Part shown: piece after piece, positions 17,136 through 27,431 of the stretch
How the letters are laid out: each line of letters starts with the position of its first letter
Numbering within the stretch: the first letter of the stretch is position 1
Virus record (IMG/VR): IMGVR_UViG_3300042691_032880
Coordinates: 32,001-96,000 of that record
Origin: a virus
Length of the DNA stretch: 64,000 nucleotides
Strand: one strand, 5' to 3'
Translations under genes and position numbers: made by a program
The notes under the pieces: generated by a model
Told to the model about the DNA's origin: nothing
The model's database searches: none
The model's input: only the letters and a program-made list of their open reading frames with translations

Positions 17136-20027
17136 TTAGAAGTTTACACGTGGATCACTCCAAGGAATGTAATTGGGATTTGTGCTAGCTGCTACACCGT
17201 TATTGGTTATCCTGTTGTAACTGTTTGAAGTGTTTTCGTTATCATAGGATACACCTAAAGTATAAAGGAACTTGTTCACTTTATTGTCAGCATATGCTCC
17301 TGTAGTCGGATTACGTAAATCAGCAACAGTAACACCTGCACTACTACCTGTTGCAGTATTGGCTGTAACATCTATTACCTTGGGAGGTTGGTTCTCATAC
17401 ATGATTGTAGCATATAATCTACCGTCAGCTCCCGCCGAAAGTTTTCCTCCAGGAATAGTCATAGTCAAAGATTGAGGGAAATTGACTTCTCCTGTTGAAT
17501 TTTGTGTAACCTTACTTACCCAACTTCTTCTTGGACTTATATCTTCTTCTTGCATCAGACTGATAAGCCTATCGCGAAACTCATTCTTTACCACTGTTAC
17601 TTTTCCGCTACTTAATTCTATAGTCTGCTGTCTTGGTATCACACCTTCAGAAATAACTTTCTCAAAAGGCATTTTGAATTCCAGGTAGTTTACATCTTGT
17701 CCAGCAACAGCTTTAGATGGGTTCATTCCCAAAGCATTGATCATTTTCTTGGCATTACCTCCTTCACCTGTTTTAACAAGAAGTGGTATTCTTGCCACTA
17801 TGTAATCAGTTCCGCCTTCTTTCTTTCTATATATCATGGTACCCTGGGATCCCATGAACTCAGATAGATTCTGTCCACCTACCGCCAAGTCTTTAAAATT
17901 CTGCAATTCCGTTTCACCATCCATTCCTATGAACTCTCCAGTTTTTCTATCAATTACACCGATGTAATCGGAAGCCTGGATGATCTTTGAGAACAAACTG
18001 TAATCAAAATCTTCAGGTTTTGAAGAGTTTAGCATAATACTGCTGTATTTGGTAGCAGTCAGGTTATCATAGTTCTCAACTTGAGATGTAGGTATTAGTC
18101 TTCTATATATAGCGTCTTTTACATCTTGATTAATATTAGCACCTTCAAGTTTTGCATAGTCAATAGCATATGCATTTCCAGCACCTCTAACTACAAATTG
18201 TCTAATATCAACATTACCAATTGGTACAGGAACAGCACTATTTGCAATGCCTGTTAGATGTTTATTCGTTTCACCCCACATCGATATGTAGTTCTCACGC
18301 GCTACATTAGACTCTCTGAGTTTGTCAAGAGCATAAGTACCAAAATTCTTATCATTCTTTGCGTTCTTACCTACTGCGCTACTAATAGTACCAGATATAT
18401 CTTGCCAAGATGCTTTTAACGGATTTAAATTAGAACCAACAGCCTTCAAGTACCTGCTTAAATGAACAGCTTGTTCTTGAGTAAGTTGTGCATTGTTTGC
18501 TTTAGCGGTTAACGCCATTGAAACCTTTTGCAAATCAAAGTTGATATTATTCGCTCCACTTATTACAGCTGCACCGTTTGCTTGCCTTTGTACCTGAAGA
18601 TTCGCACCTATTGCAAGGATTGTAGGATCATTGTATGCTTGCAAACTTTTATCAAAGTTACCTGCAATCTCTTGTGAATAAGCAGACTGGAGACTGCGTT
18701 TTCCAGCATCAATGAGAGGACCTTTTTCAACACCTTGTACAGAACCTGCAACCTTACCTTCCAGTTCCAGTTTGCGAATTTCAAACTCCTCCTTACGATC
18801 CTGCATCTTTTCAGCATGTGCGAACTCCGCTTGTTTCATTGCCCAAGAATGAGCTTGTTGGTCTTCTTGTAGTGCAACAGGATCACCTGCAAGTGTAACT
18901 TTGCTATTAGCCGCCCACTTCATTGCAAACGCATTGGCGTACTGATTCCTTACTTGACTATAAAACATCTGTCCAGGATTGGAACTAAAGTTCTGGATAG
19001 CCTTGTTCTTCAAATCTTGATCGGATGTCTTGCCATTACGAAGTTTGGTCAACTCATCAGTAAACCTCTCCTTTTGTTCACGAAGCACATCAACATGTTC
19101 CATCAAACGAGGGTCCAGTCCTTTTGGATACTTCTTGCGATAAGCGCGCATCTCATTATCAATGAGACTGATGTTTTGCTCAAGGTCGGTAATATCGTCA
19201 TTATAATCCTTGACATATGCATCAGCAAACTCATTTGACAATTTACCAATCGCAGCTTGTTCCGTAAGAGTCGGATCCTGCGCCATCAAACTTTTTATTT
19301 GTTTGTCAGCTACAACCATCGCTTCTATGGAATCCTGACGATCAAACTTGGTACCTACCGTGTTTTTGTACCATTGATTGAAAGTACCTAGGACTTCCTT
19401 GTTGAGACCGTTGACACGGGTCACCAAGTACTTGTTCTCACTAGTTGTCCTGCTAAACTCCAATCCTTGTTCTTTTGCCATTTTGGAAGCGTATTCAATC
19501 CTGTCTTCCCATGGCATCCAGTTATGTACAGCAGCAGCTTCAATTGAACCGTCGCCACGTTTTGTCTTTCTAAGACGCTCCCTTCCAATATTAAGGTAAT
19601 CATCCATGATAGGACTCCATGTAGCACGTTCATCCTTATTGGTACTGTTCATCATGGACCTGCTCTTTGCAATCTGAGAGTTTTGAGCGGAGGTCTTGTA
19701 CAAATCAGTGAGGTATTCCTTATCATTAGTCAATGGTTCAAACAATGACAACGCCTGCTGCATGTTTGCAGCATTAGCCAAATCCAGGTAAGCTACCTGT
19801 TTAAGGTATCCATCGGCTTTCTTAAGGAAGTCCGCTCTGAACTGTTCGTTATCGCTAGATGATAATTCCCTGTTTATCAAGGAACTATACATCGACTTCC
19901 ACTGGTCTACACCTCTTTCATAACGCTTCTGTAAAGAAGATAATGCCGTACCTAGAAAACTATAGTCTACAGGTGTAGGTGCAAATGTTTGAACGTCGTC
20001 CGTTACACCTTTAATATATGTTGCCAT
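17136..20027 (-). CDS. Virion cargo (ejected) protein
   Basis: 963 aa, helical/coiled-coil, Cys-free. MATYIKGVTD...PVDYSF start resembles crAss-like cargo proteins. Syntenic position upstream of the RNAP. Confidence 0.7.
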   Translation of the reverse strand: MATYIKGVTDDVQTFAPTPVDYSFLGTALSSLQKRYERGVDQWKSMYSSLINRELSSSDNEQFRADFLKKADGYLKQVAYLDLANAANMQQALSLFEPLTNDKEYLTDLYKTSAQNSQIAKSRSMMNSTNKDERATWSPIMDDYLNIGRERLRKTKRGDGSIEAAAVHNWMPWEDRIEYASKMAKEQGLEFSRTTSENKYLVTRVNGLNKEVLGTFNQWYKNTVGTKFDRQDSIEAMVVADKQIKSLMAQDPTLTEQAAIGKLSNEFADAYVKDYNDDITDLEQNISLIDNEMRAYRKKYPKGLDPRLMEHVDVLREQKERFTDELTKLRNGKTSDQDLKNKAIQNFSSNPGQMFYSQVRNQYANAFAMKWAANSKVTLAGDPVALQEDQQAHSWAMKQAEFAHAEKMQDRKEEFEIRKLELEGKVAGSVQGVEKGPLIDAGKRSLQSAYSQEIAGNFDKSLQAYNDPTILAIGANLQVQRQANGAAVISGANNINFDLQKVSMALTAKANNAQLTQEQAVHLSRYLKAVGSNLNPLKASWQDISGTISSAVGKNAKNDKNFGTYALDKLRESNVARENYISMWGETNKHLTGIANSAVPVPIGNVDIRQFVVRGAGNAYAIDYAKLEGANINQDVKDAIYRRLIPTSQVENYDNLTATKYSSIMLNSSKPEDFDYSLFSKIIQASDYIGVIDRKTGEFIGMDGETELQNFKDLAVGGQNLSEFMGSQGTMIYRKKEGGTDYIVARIPLLVKTGEGGNAKKMINALGMNPSKAVAGQDVNYLEFKMPFEKVISEGVIPRQQTIELSSGKVTVVKNEFRDRLISLMQEEDISPRRSWVSKVTQNSTGEVNFPQSLTMTIPGGKLSAGADGRLYATIMYENQPPKVIDVTANTATGSSAGVTVADLRNPTTGAYADNKVNKFLYTLGVSYDNENTSNSYNRITNNGVAASTNPNYIPWSDPRVNF

Positions 20028-20042
20028 TGCTGATTAACTTAC

Positions 20043-23000
20043 TTATTGAAAAGGATACGGATTGTAATTATATGGATATCCTGGTGCTTGATTCTGTTGA
20101 TTCTTTGCTTGATTTTGAATCTTTAGCAACTCTAGTGTTAAAGCTTGATCATTATTAGTTAATTTTTGCAATTGAGTATACTGATCGTAGATATTTTGCT
20201 GTCCAGAACCTGTAAATGAAGCCGCAGATGGATCAAAATAATAACTTCCAGTTTGAGGGTCATATTTATAAGCAGTTTTTACATTTTCTGCAGCAACCCT
20301 ATCTCTTTGACTTTCAGCAAACATATGTGCAGCCAATCGCTCCTGATTCAGTTTCTTACGTTCGTTCCATTCCTGCTGACCTTGGGTTTCTTTCTCATCA
20401 AGATAACGCTTCATATATCCCAGATTCTGTCTATCAGCTTGAGCCTTAAAGGTAGCATTTTGAGCTAATGCATTGTTTATGATACCCAGATCAATTTGAT
20501 TTTTTCTTGCAATTTCATTGGCAATGTTCTCACTGCTTTGTCCAGACAACTGCAACTGAGCTGCACGCATCACTGAAGGATCTGCAGTAATAGACTGAAG
20601 TGAATCTTCAGTAGTACGCTGAGCACCTTTTATTCCAGCAAACCTTCTTGCCATGTCATCCAAGACATATGGAACTTGTGGAATAGGTTCCTGCTGCAAT
20701 ATCGGAGGAGCACCTTCGTAAGGTTGTTGAGCCATAGCACCATAGTAATAATCCATGGCAAAAGGACTCATCCTAGGAGGAGGATAAACACTTGGACTAC
20801 AAGGAGGACATGCTCCGTTTGGTAGTGCTGGAACTTCTTCCATCTTACCTGTCTTTTTGTTAAGACACTTACAAGGTTCTTTTACAACAGGTTGGCAGTT
20901 CTTCAATGCTTCCTCAGGTGTATCAAAACCTGTACCGTCTGTACTTTCAACAGCCTTTCCATCAACGCACTTGTATTTTTTTGCAGGGTCGCAGGGAGGA
21001 CAGTCTTTTTGATCAAGTACTTCCAGTATTACACCATTCTTATCAGCACAGGGACACTTTATTTTTTGTGGTCTATCTTTAAAGGTAAACCCTTTCATTG
21101 TACCAGCAATCTCTTGTCCAAAATTCCATGCGTTCTTATCATTCGGATCAACAAGAAGTGGTAAGCCTTCTGCTTCCTGTTGACTAAACCCTTGTTTGAC
21201 AAGTTCTGCTACCTGTTTTTCTCTTAGTTTAGTGTACGCCCATTTATTTGCAGCTTGATGTGTATCAACATTTCCTGAACCTTTAGCAATATCCGCTTTA
21301 TATAGAGCTATACCTTTAGCCTCATCTCCACCTGCAGTACCATATTCTCCAAAATTTACACCTAGTTTTTTCAATTCAGCAATCTGACTATCCACACCTG
21401 TCCAACCCATTGCTGTTGGATATACAGGTTGAGTGCCTATCTCTTTTCCTCTGTCGTCATACATAATAGGTGCCAGTGTTCCTTCTTCATTCCATGCATA
21501 TTTTGTGGTTTTTGTTTGTTCGCCTACACCTTTTGTTGTTTGATCTTTGCCTAAACCATAAAACTGCTGAGCATAACTTGGATAATATATCTCAACATCC
21601 ATGTTTTTGCTTTCAGCCAATTTCTTAAGGTAATCTATATATGGGTTGTCTGAAATATCATAAACAGGTCCATCTGTCTGATGCTTTGGAAGACCATTTT
21701 CTCCACCATCTGCAAAGGTTTTAGTCATGGTGTTCTCTGCAGGATCATATACATAAATGACCGAACCACCTGATTTTTTAGTTGGAGAACCTATGTAAAC
21801 AGAAGGATATTGTTTAATAAGACTTTTTAGACTATCTATATCAGCCTGTTCTGTCCAACCTTTATCACGAATCATCTGTTCTATTTCAGCATCAGATTTA
21901 CCTATAGAACCTGAACTTCTCGGTGCAGAAGTCCTAGGTTGTTGATTTACAGGTTGTTGAACTGTTGGTTGAGGTTCAGCTACTATAGGAGTAGTTTGGA
22001 CAGGACCTACTGCAGTATCACCAAGAAGAGCATTATACTCAGCCAACATAGCTGAATCCACAGGAGCTTCGCTGACTATACCTGCTGTAGTATCTGGAAT
22101 AAATCCTGGAGTTGGAACAACACCTTGTTGTCGCAATTCTTCCTCGGTTGCTGGTTTGGATTCACCTGGTCGAGTAAAATAGTTATAAGCTTGTGCTCCT
22201 CCATATACACCTGCACCAGTTAATAAACCCCGTCCTATAGGACTACCTGCTAGCTGCTTTGTCTTTTGCCACATGTTTCCTTGTAACTTTGGAAACGCCC
22301 AAGATGGTAAAGATGGCATTTTCACTTTAGATTTAAGAGCTGAAAGTCCTGCTCCCATAGGCGAACGATAATCTCCAGCTTGATACTGTACTCCATGCAA
22401 TACTTCTGGATTATTTCTTACGTATGTGCTTTTCATCCATGGGAACTCTCCAACATTCCATTTACCAAGGATATCATCAATCATAGCTTGAGATTCAGCA
22501 TTTATCTTACTAGGATCATCGATTAAAGCTTGTGGCAGATTGATTCTAGCTTTTTCTGTAGGAGCATATGCATTCCAAGCATCTATTAATTTTTTTCTTT
22601 CTGTTGGATTTGCCCTAGTAAAAACTTCTGATAATGGTGTACTCTCATCAAAACCTTTAAATGTATTTATGGCCTCATCAATTTTATTTAAAGCATCTTG
22701 TGAATATTCTGGATTTGATTTTTGAATTGGAACTGCATCTCTACCTACAAATAAAGAAGCTCTTTTTCCTTGCATCTTGAAAAGATCGGGTAAAGAAACA
22801 AATTCATCAAAGTCAGAATATCCTCTTTTAACAGGTAAAATTCCTTGAACAGCATCAATAACTTGATTGGGGTCATTTTGCTGAGCATATGCAAACTGTT
22901 CAGCATCCATGATTGTTCCATCTTTAAGCTTATAGGCAGGTTTCACCTTTCCCATCTCCATTCCTTCTACAAATGCCTTTCCTTCAGGATACCTCATTTT

Positions 23001-24650
23001 TGCAATCTTGGTACCGAAGATGTATGGAGAAGCCGCAGCAATACCTGCAGCTGTCAATCCTAAAGTAAGAGCATCTACTCCGCTTCCTTCACCTTCAGCT
23101 ACATTAGTAGCTGATGGAGCAGCCATCAATGGCAAACCTGCACCCATTGTTACATTTTCAGCTCTTGCAAAACGTGGTGCTTTCCAAGAAGATGTAAGTG
23201 CAGGATATGCAGAACGCAAAGAACTGATTGCACCTGGTCCAAACTTAGTAGCTAAATTAATTCCTCCTGAAATACCCAATAAAGTTTCACCCGTCTTACC
23301 AAGCAAATCAGCATCAACAGTTTGTTTTCCTTCAGCTACATCCCTATAACTTCTATATAGATTGGGAGCATCCATTGCCGTATTTACAAGGAATCCAGCA
23401 TTTGCCAAATCACCGAGTGTAAAAGCAGTGGTACTTGTCGTAGCAAGTGGTACATTAGCTACTGCATTTAATGCACTCATTGCATAAGGTGCTGCTGCAT
23501 ATCCTCCATATAGTGCAGCTGTACCAAGTGCTCCAGCTGTTAAAGCTTCTCCTGCTGCTTTGGTCCTTGGATCAGTGGCAACATTCATGTAAGCTTGATA
23601 CGCAGGATCCCACCAAGGTTTTGTATCAGCATCGTAGATCATACCTGGATCCGTTATCGGAGGGGTATAAATCATGTTTGCAGGAATCTGGGTACCTCCA
23701 GGAAGTGTCACATCAGGTCTAACATTAACTTCTGGACCAGTAATTTCTGGCATGTAAGTAGCTTCTCCAAATCGTTCTCCAGGAATCCTTCGAGTTCCTG
23801 CAAGTTGACCTTGTTGCTGAGCCTGAACTAAATTATTTAGAATGCTTTGATACGCATCAGGACTTAAACTTACAGCACTACCTGTTTCGATATCTGTTGC
23901 AACACCATCAGGTGTCACATAATAAGCTCTTTGAGTTGCAGGATCTACATAACTGAATCCTTGTTGATTGACAGGTCCTGTTTTCTGATGCCTAGGTAGT
24001 TTTTTGCCACCCTTACGCATGAACTGTCCTCCGAACTTCATCTGAGGAGCTTGTTGAACAGGTTGTTCTGATGTTATGTTCTTAGTGAACAATGGCATAG
24101 ATATATCAGGAATACCATCAGGGAATCCTTTCATACCCTCCTGAACCAGAGCAAGTTGACCTAGCTTGGTCATATTGCTGTCAATCATCATTTGAGCAGT
24201 CTTCTTATCCAAATAGTCCGCTTCAGGGTCCTTCAGTATGTCGAAGTACTTGTTCAACTCATAACGTTTTGCAATCTGTGCAGGAGTAACGGATTTACTG
24301 GTATTGTATCCGAATATCTTACCTAACATCTCCTTGTTCTTGATTTTCAAGGAACGGGTGTCTGAAAACACAAATGCTCCATCTGGAATGTTCAACGGAG
24401 TACCACCCTCACTGTGACGCTTTCCACCTACAATAGCATGGGTTACTTCACCATCATTATTAGGGTATACAATAGTCTCATTCTTTTCAGCCTCAATTGT
24501 AGCTTCGTCCACAGGTACTGGACTAAGCACATCGGTAACTTGGTTTGTTGTCGGCTTGTCTTCATAGTTCCAGATACTACCTGCAACTAAACCATAGTCT
24601 CGCTGGTCGCCCATGCTACCACCTCTGACTCTTTTTACCTTAACTCTCAT
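20043..24650 (-). CDS. Virion cargo protein (crAss C1/gp45-like N-terminal domain, hydrophobic segments)
   Basis: 1535 aa. EAEKNE...GGKRHSEGG...VFSD motif of crAss-like cargo proteins, several Gly/Ala hydrophobic stretches, a 10-Cys cluster near the C-terminus, and xxxGG motifs. Confidence 0.7.
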   Translation of the reverse strand: MRVKVKRVRGGSMGDQRDYGLVAGSIWNYEDKPTTNQVTDVLSPVPVDEATIEAEKNETIVYPNNDGEVTHAIVGGKRHSEGGTPLNIPDGAFVFSDTRSLKIKNKEMLGKIFGYNTSKSVTPAQIAKRYELNKYFDILKDPEADYLDKKTAQMMIDSNMTKLGQLALVQEGMKGFPDGIPDISMPLFTKNITSEQPVQQAPQMKFGGQFMRKGGKKLPRHQKTGPVNQQGFSYVDPATQRAYYVTPDGVATDIETGSAVSLSPDAYQSILNNLVQAQQQGQLAGTRRIPGERFGEATYMPEITGPEVNVRPDVTLPGGTQIPANMIYTPPITDPGMIYDADTKPWWDPAYQAYMNVATDPRTKAAGEALTAGALGTAALYGGYAAAPYAMSALNAVANVPLATTSTTAFTLGDLANAGFLVNTAMDAPNLYRSYRDVAEGKQTVDADLLGKTGETLLGISGGINLATKFGPGAISSLRSAYPALTSSWKAPRFARAENVTMGAGLPLMAAPSATNVAEGEGSGVDALTLGLTAAGIAAASPYIFGTKIAKMRYPEGKAFVEGMEMGKVKPAYKLKDGTIMDAEQFAYAQQNDPNQVIDAVQGILPVKRGYSDFDEFVSLPDLFKMQGKRASLFVGRDAVPIQKSNPEYSQDALNKIDEAINTFKGFDESTPLSEVFTRANPTERKKLIDAWNAYAPTEKARINLPQALIDDPSKINAESQAMIDDILGKWNVGEFPWMKSTYVRNNPEVLHGVQYQAGDYRSPMGAGLSALKSKVKMPSLPSWAFPKLQGNMWQKTKQLAGSPIGRGLLTGAGVYGGAQAYNYFTRPGESKPATEEELRQQGVVPTPGFIPDTTAGIVSEAPVDSAMLAEYNALLGDTAVGPVQTTPIVAEPQPTVQQPVNQQPRTSAPRSSGSIGKSDAEIEQMIRDKGWTEQADIDSLKSLIKQYPSVYIGSPTKKSGGSVIYVYDPAENTMTKTFADGGENGLPKHQTDGPVYDISDNPYIDYLKKLAESKNMDVEIYYPSYAQQFYGLGKDQTTKGVGEQTKTTKYAWNEEGTLAPIMYDDRGKEIGTQPVYPTAMGWTGVDSQIAELKKLGVNFGEYGTAGGDEAKGIALYKADIAKGSGNVDTHQAANKWAYTKLREKQVAELVKQGFSQQEAEGLPLLVDPNDKNAWNFGQEIAGTMKGFTFKDRPQKIKCPCADKNGVILEVLDQKDCPPCDPAKKYKCVDGKAVESTDGTGFDTPEEALKNCQPVVKEPCKCLNKKTGKMEEVPALPNGACPPCSPSVYPPPRMSPFAMDYYYGAMAQQPYEGAPPILQQEPIPQVPYVLDDMARRFAGIKGAQRTTEDSLQSITADPSVMRAAQLQLSGQSSENIANEIARKNQIDLGIINNALAQNATFKAQADRQNLGYMKRYLDEKETQGQQEWNERKKLNQERLAAHMFAESQRDRVAAENVKTAYKYDPQTGSYYFDPSAASFTGSGQQNIYDQYTQLQKLTNNDQALTLELLKIQNQAKNQQNQAPGYPYNYNPYPFQ

Positions 24651-24688
24651 AAACTTTTAAAATTTATTTGTTGCTGAAACTCACCTAC

Positions 24689-24697
24689 TTAAATTTA
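24689..24697 (-). promoter_or_regulatory. Candidate promoter (variant of TAWATTATA motif)
   Basis: TAAATTTAA on the minus strand in the 66-nt intergenic gap upstream of the 1535-aa gene. Two mismatches to the consensus. Confidence 0.35.
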
Positions 24698-24716
24698 ATA
24701 AATTTCCGTGAAGATA

Positions 24717-27419
24717 TCAAATAAAGTCTATCTGATAACCCTTGCGGATAAGGTCTCGGATTGTATCCATATCCAAGTCATATTCCCCGTCTAGGTCACC
24801 CCCATCCTCAAATGAACCACCATACATTGCAAATGCTGGAGCTGAATAAGGGAGAGGTTTATTAAGATCCCCTGGAGTCTGAGGTACCATGTTCATGAAC
24901 AATGCTCGGTTACTCATGCTTTTACCAGGATCCTGAACCATCTTTCCTGTAATGTTTGGAGACACGTTGCTACCCATTGTGGCATTTGCGGTATATGTTC
25001 CAGCCATCTGTGGCGTTCTTTCTACAGGTGCAAACTGATTCAGTGTATTATAAGCTGAAAGCTTTCTGTCTTTAAGTGCTTGTTTATTAGCGTTGAAATC
25101 CTCAAGGAATCCGCTAACTGCACGCATACCAGCCAGTTCCTGCTGTTGAGTACCTATATCAAAATAAGGTCCTGATTTATTAGGATTTCCTTCTGGTCGC
25201 CAACCTGCATCGTATGCGTCTTTCATAGCAGGATTCACACTAACCTTATTGCCTTGAGCATCTGTACCTTCAAAAGTTCCTTCTGGAGCATCTTCACTAA
25301 CTTGATTATCATCTCCTCCAAATATTCCACCCAAGAACATACGATCAAGGTCACCTCCATACATTGCTTCATTTTTACCTCTTCCAGTAAGGAATCTTAA
25401 AGGAGCACCTGCTACTCTAGTTGCTCCACGCATTGCTTTTCCTGCAGCTTTGAACGGTAAAGCAGCTGTCATAGGTAATCCTTTTCCAAGACCTCCAAGA
25501 ACTTTAGCAGCTCCAAACAATGCGGAAGTAAGACCAAAAGGAGTTTCTGCACGGTTCCTACCTGCTCGCATCATTTCAGAGATACCTAATGCAGTGGTTG
25601 GAGTCTTACCTCTATAGTAATTTCTAACCATTTGCTGAATCCTTTGGTTCATTTGTTTTATCTGCTCTTCAGTATACTGAGGGGTTGATCCTGAACCAGT
25701 TGTACCCGCATTAGTTGTTCCACTTGCATTGGAAGCAGTTCCTGTATTGCTAGCAGTGGAGCCAGTAGTGGAACCTGTGGTTGTTCCAGTTGATGTTGTA
25801 GGACCTGAACCTGTATTTGAAGTTGTAGCAGATGCGGTAGAACCTGTTGATGTTGATGCTGCAGGTGCTGCTGTTGACGTTGCAGTAGCAGTTGTTCCAT
25901 CATTGGTTGTAGCATCTGCCCAATAATCATAGTTTGGATCTGTAGGAACAAAAGTAGTACCGTATGCAGAAGCATCTACACCAGAAGTCGGAGGTAATGG
26001 ATAAGCAAAATCAGATCTATTGGCAATTATGTTAGCTCTAGCTAAAGCATCTCCTTGATGAGTATCATCATGAAGATTTTCTAAACCTGCTTTTGTACTA
26101 TGTATTGAATAATCATTAGTAGATAAATCGTCACGCATCCAAGCATTATAAATACCCTCTTGTAGCGATTTACCATAGTCCGTAATATTTTGGACATAAG
26201 ATGATCCATCATAACCATAGTCTGGATGATTTGGATCCTGTTTTTTATCATAACCATAAATAGCCAAACTTCCATCTGAATCTCTACGTGGCATCTTTTG
26301 AAGATATGTGGAAAGAGCTACTTGATCATTATAATTTGTAGGAATGTCTGCAACATATGTTTGAGCATCTTGTACTTTCCTTCGTCTTATATATTCTTCA
26401 GGACTTATCGATTCTGCGCTACTCATGTAAGTTCCTTCAGGTACCCCATAATCACTTACTTGAGATGTCCTAGCTTGATACTTGGTAAGACCTCCGTTCT
26501 TCATAAGGTAATCCGAGAACTGATCTTTGGACATACCCTTGCCACGTTTCAACTTAGGATTCATATTCAGACCACCAGCTGCCATGATCTTGTAGACTTG
26601 CTCGTTGGTGAACTGACCTCCAAACTGATCGGATGTACCGCCAGCAGCAAACATGAAGTTAGGTCTGGTTTCACCAGCTCTGTCGTAAGGAAGGTATGTC
26701 TGAGCCTGAGGAAATGCTTCTCCACCTGTAGCATACTGTGTACCTGAATATCCCACCCATGATTTAGGATACATGTTAGCTTGTGGGAATGCTTCACCTC
26801 CTTCTTTCTTATAGAACCAGTTCAGATCCTGAGCTTGAGGAGATGGATTGTATTTGTCAAAACAACCGATACAGGGTTCACCTCCTTCTTTTGCAACCTC
26901 CATGCTGTTGTCCAACATTCCCATTGGAGCAGTAGGGGTCATTAACTCTTGAGTCTCTTCCTCTTTGAGTTTTGCGGATATCGCAGTATATGCCTGCATC
27001 TGTTCCTTTTTGGACAATGCTGTGAATTCCTTTACCAGGTCATCATAGTCTATGTTCTTCAACTTTGCCCACTTGGCGAGAGTAGTTGCAACATCGCGGG
27101 TACCAGTTGTTCCAGGAGCGGTATATCCCATTTGAGAACCATCCATTGCGGTATCTCCTCCAAATGCAAAGTTCTTACCTGTTATAATGGTGGGAAGTCC
27201 TGGAAAAAGATTCTGACCTTGTTGCGTTGTCTTAAAAGAATCCCCGCTTTTGAACTCCTTTCCCATCATAGGATCAGGAGGAGTCATGGGAAGTTCAAGC
27301 ATCGCATTACCCAATGCTGCGATATCCATTCCTCCTTGAGCTTTGAACGCACCATAGGGTGTCAAACCTATCATAGGTTCTGTTTGGGACTTTGTAGTAA
27401 TTTTAGTTGAAGCTGCCAT
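24717..27419 (-). CDS. Low-complexity putative cargo protein/polyprotein with repeated xxxGG motifs
   Basis: 900 aa, rich in M/G/A/T. About 14 xxxGG motifs, an internal GGEAFPQA repeat and a Thr/Ser/Gly linker at 25680-25915. Confidence 0.65.
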   Translation of the reverse strand: MAASTKITTKSQTEPMIGLTPYGAFKAQGGMDIAALGNAMLELPMTPPDPMMGKEFKSGDSFKTTQQGQNLFPGLPTIITGKNFAFGGDTAMDGSQMGYTAPGTTGTRDVATTLAKWAKLKNIDYDDLVKEFTALSKKEQMQAYTAISAKLKEEETQELMTPTAPMGMLDNSMEVAKEGGEPCIGCFDKYNPSPQAQDLNWFYKKEGGEAFPQANMYPKSWVGYSGTQYATGGEAFPQAQTYLPYDRAGETRPNFMFAAGGTSDQFGGQFTNEQVYKIMAAGGLNMNPKLKRGKGMSKDQFSDYLMKNGGLTKYQARTSQVSDYGVPEGTYMSSAESISPEEYIRRRKVQDAQTYVADIPTNYNDQVALSTYLQKMPRRDSDGSLAIYGYDKKQDPNHPDYGYDGSSYVQNITDYGKSLQEGIYNAWMRDDLSTNDYSIHSTKAGLENLHDDTHQGDALARANIIANRSDFAYPLPPTSGVDASAYGTTFVPTDPNYDYWADATTNDGTTATATSTAAPAASTSTGSTASATTSNTGSGPTTSTGTTTGSTTGSTASNTGTASNASGTTNAGTTGSGSTPQYTEEQIKQMNQRIQQMVRNYYRGKTPTTALGISEMMRAGRNRAETPFGLTSALFGAAKVLGGLGKGLPMTAALPFKAAGKAMRGATRVAGAPLRFLTGRGKNEAMYGGDLDRMFLGGIFGGDDNQVSEDAPEGTFEGTDAQGNKVSVNPAMKDAYDAGWRPEGNPNKSGPYFDIGTQQQELAGMRAVSGFLEDFNANKQALKDRKLSAYNTLNQFAPVERTPQMAGTYTANATMGSNVSPNITGKMVQDPGKSMSNRALFMNMVPQTPGDLNKPLPYSAPAFAMYGGSFEDGGDLDGEYDLDMDTIRDLIRKGYQIDFI

Positions 27420-27431
27420 CTTGTATTATTA

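Noticed and set aside
22005-22097. Cluster of D-(S/T)-x O-glycosylation-like motifs (DTT, DSA, DTA) in the 1535-aa cargo
   Set aside because: The motif is only three residues and the protein has no export signal, so chance cannot be excluded.
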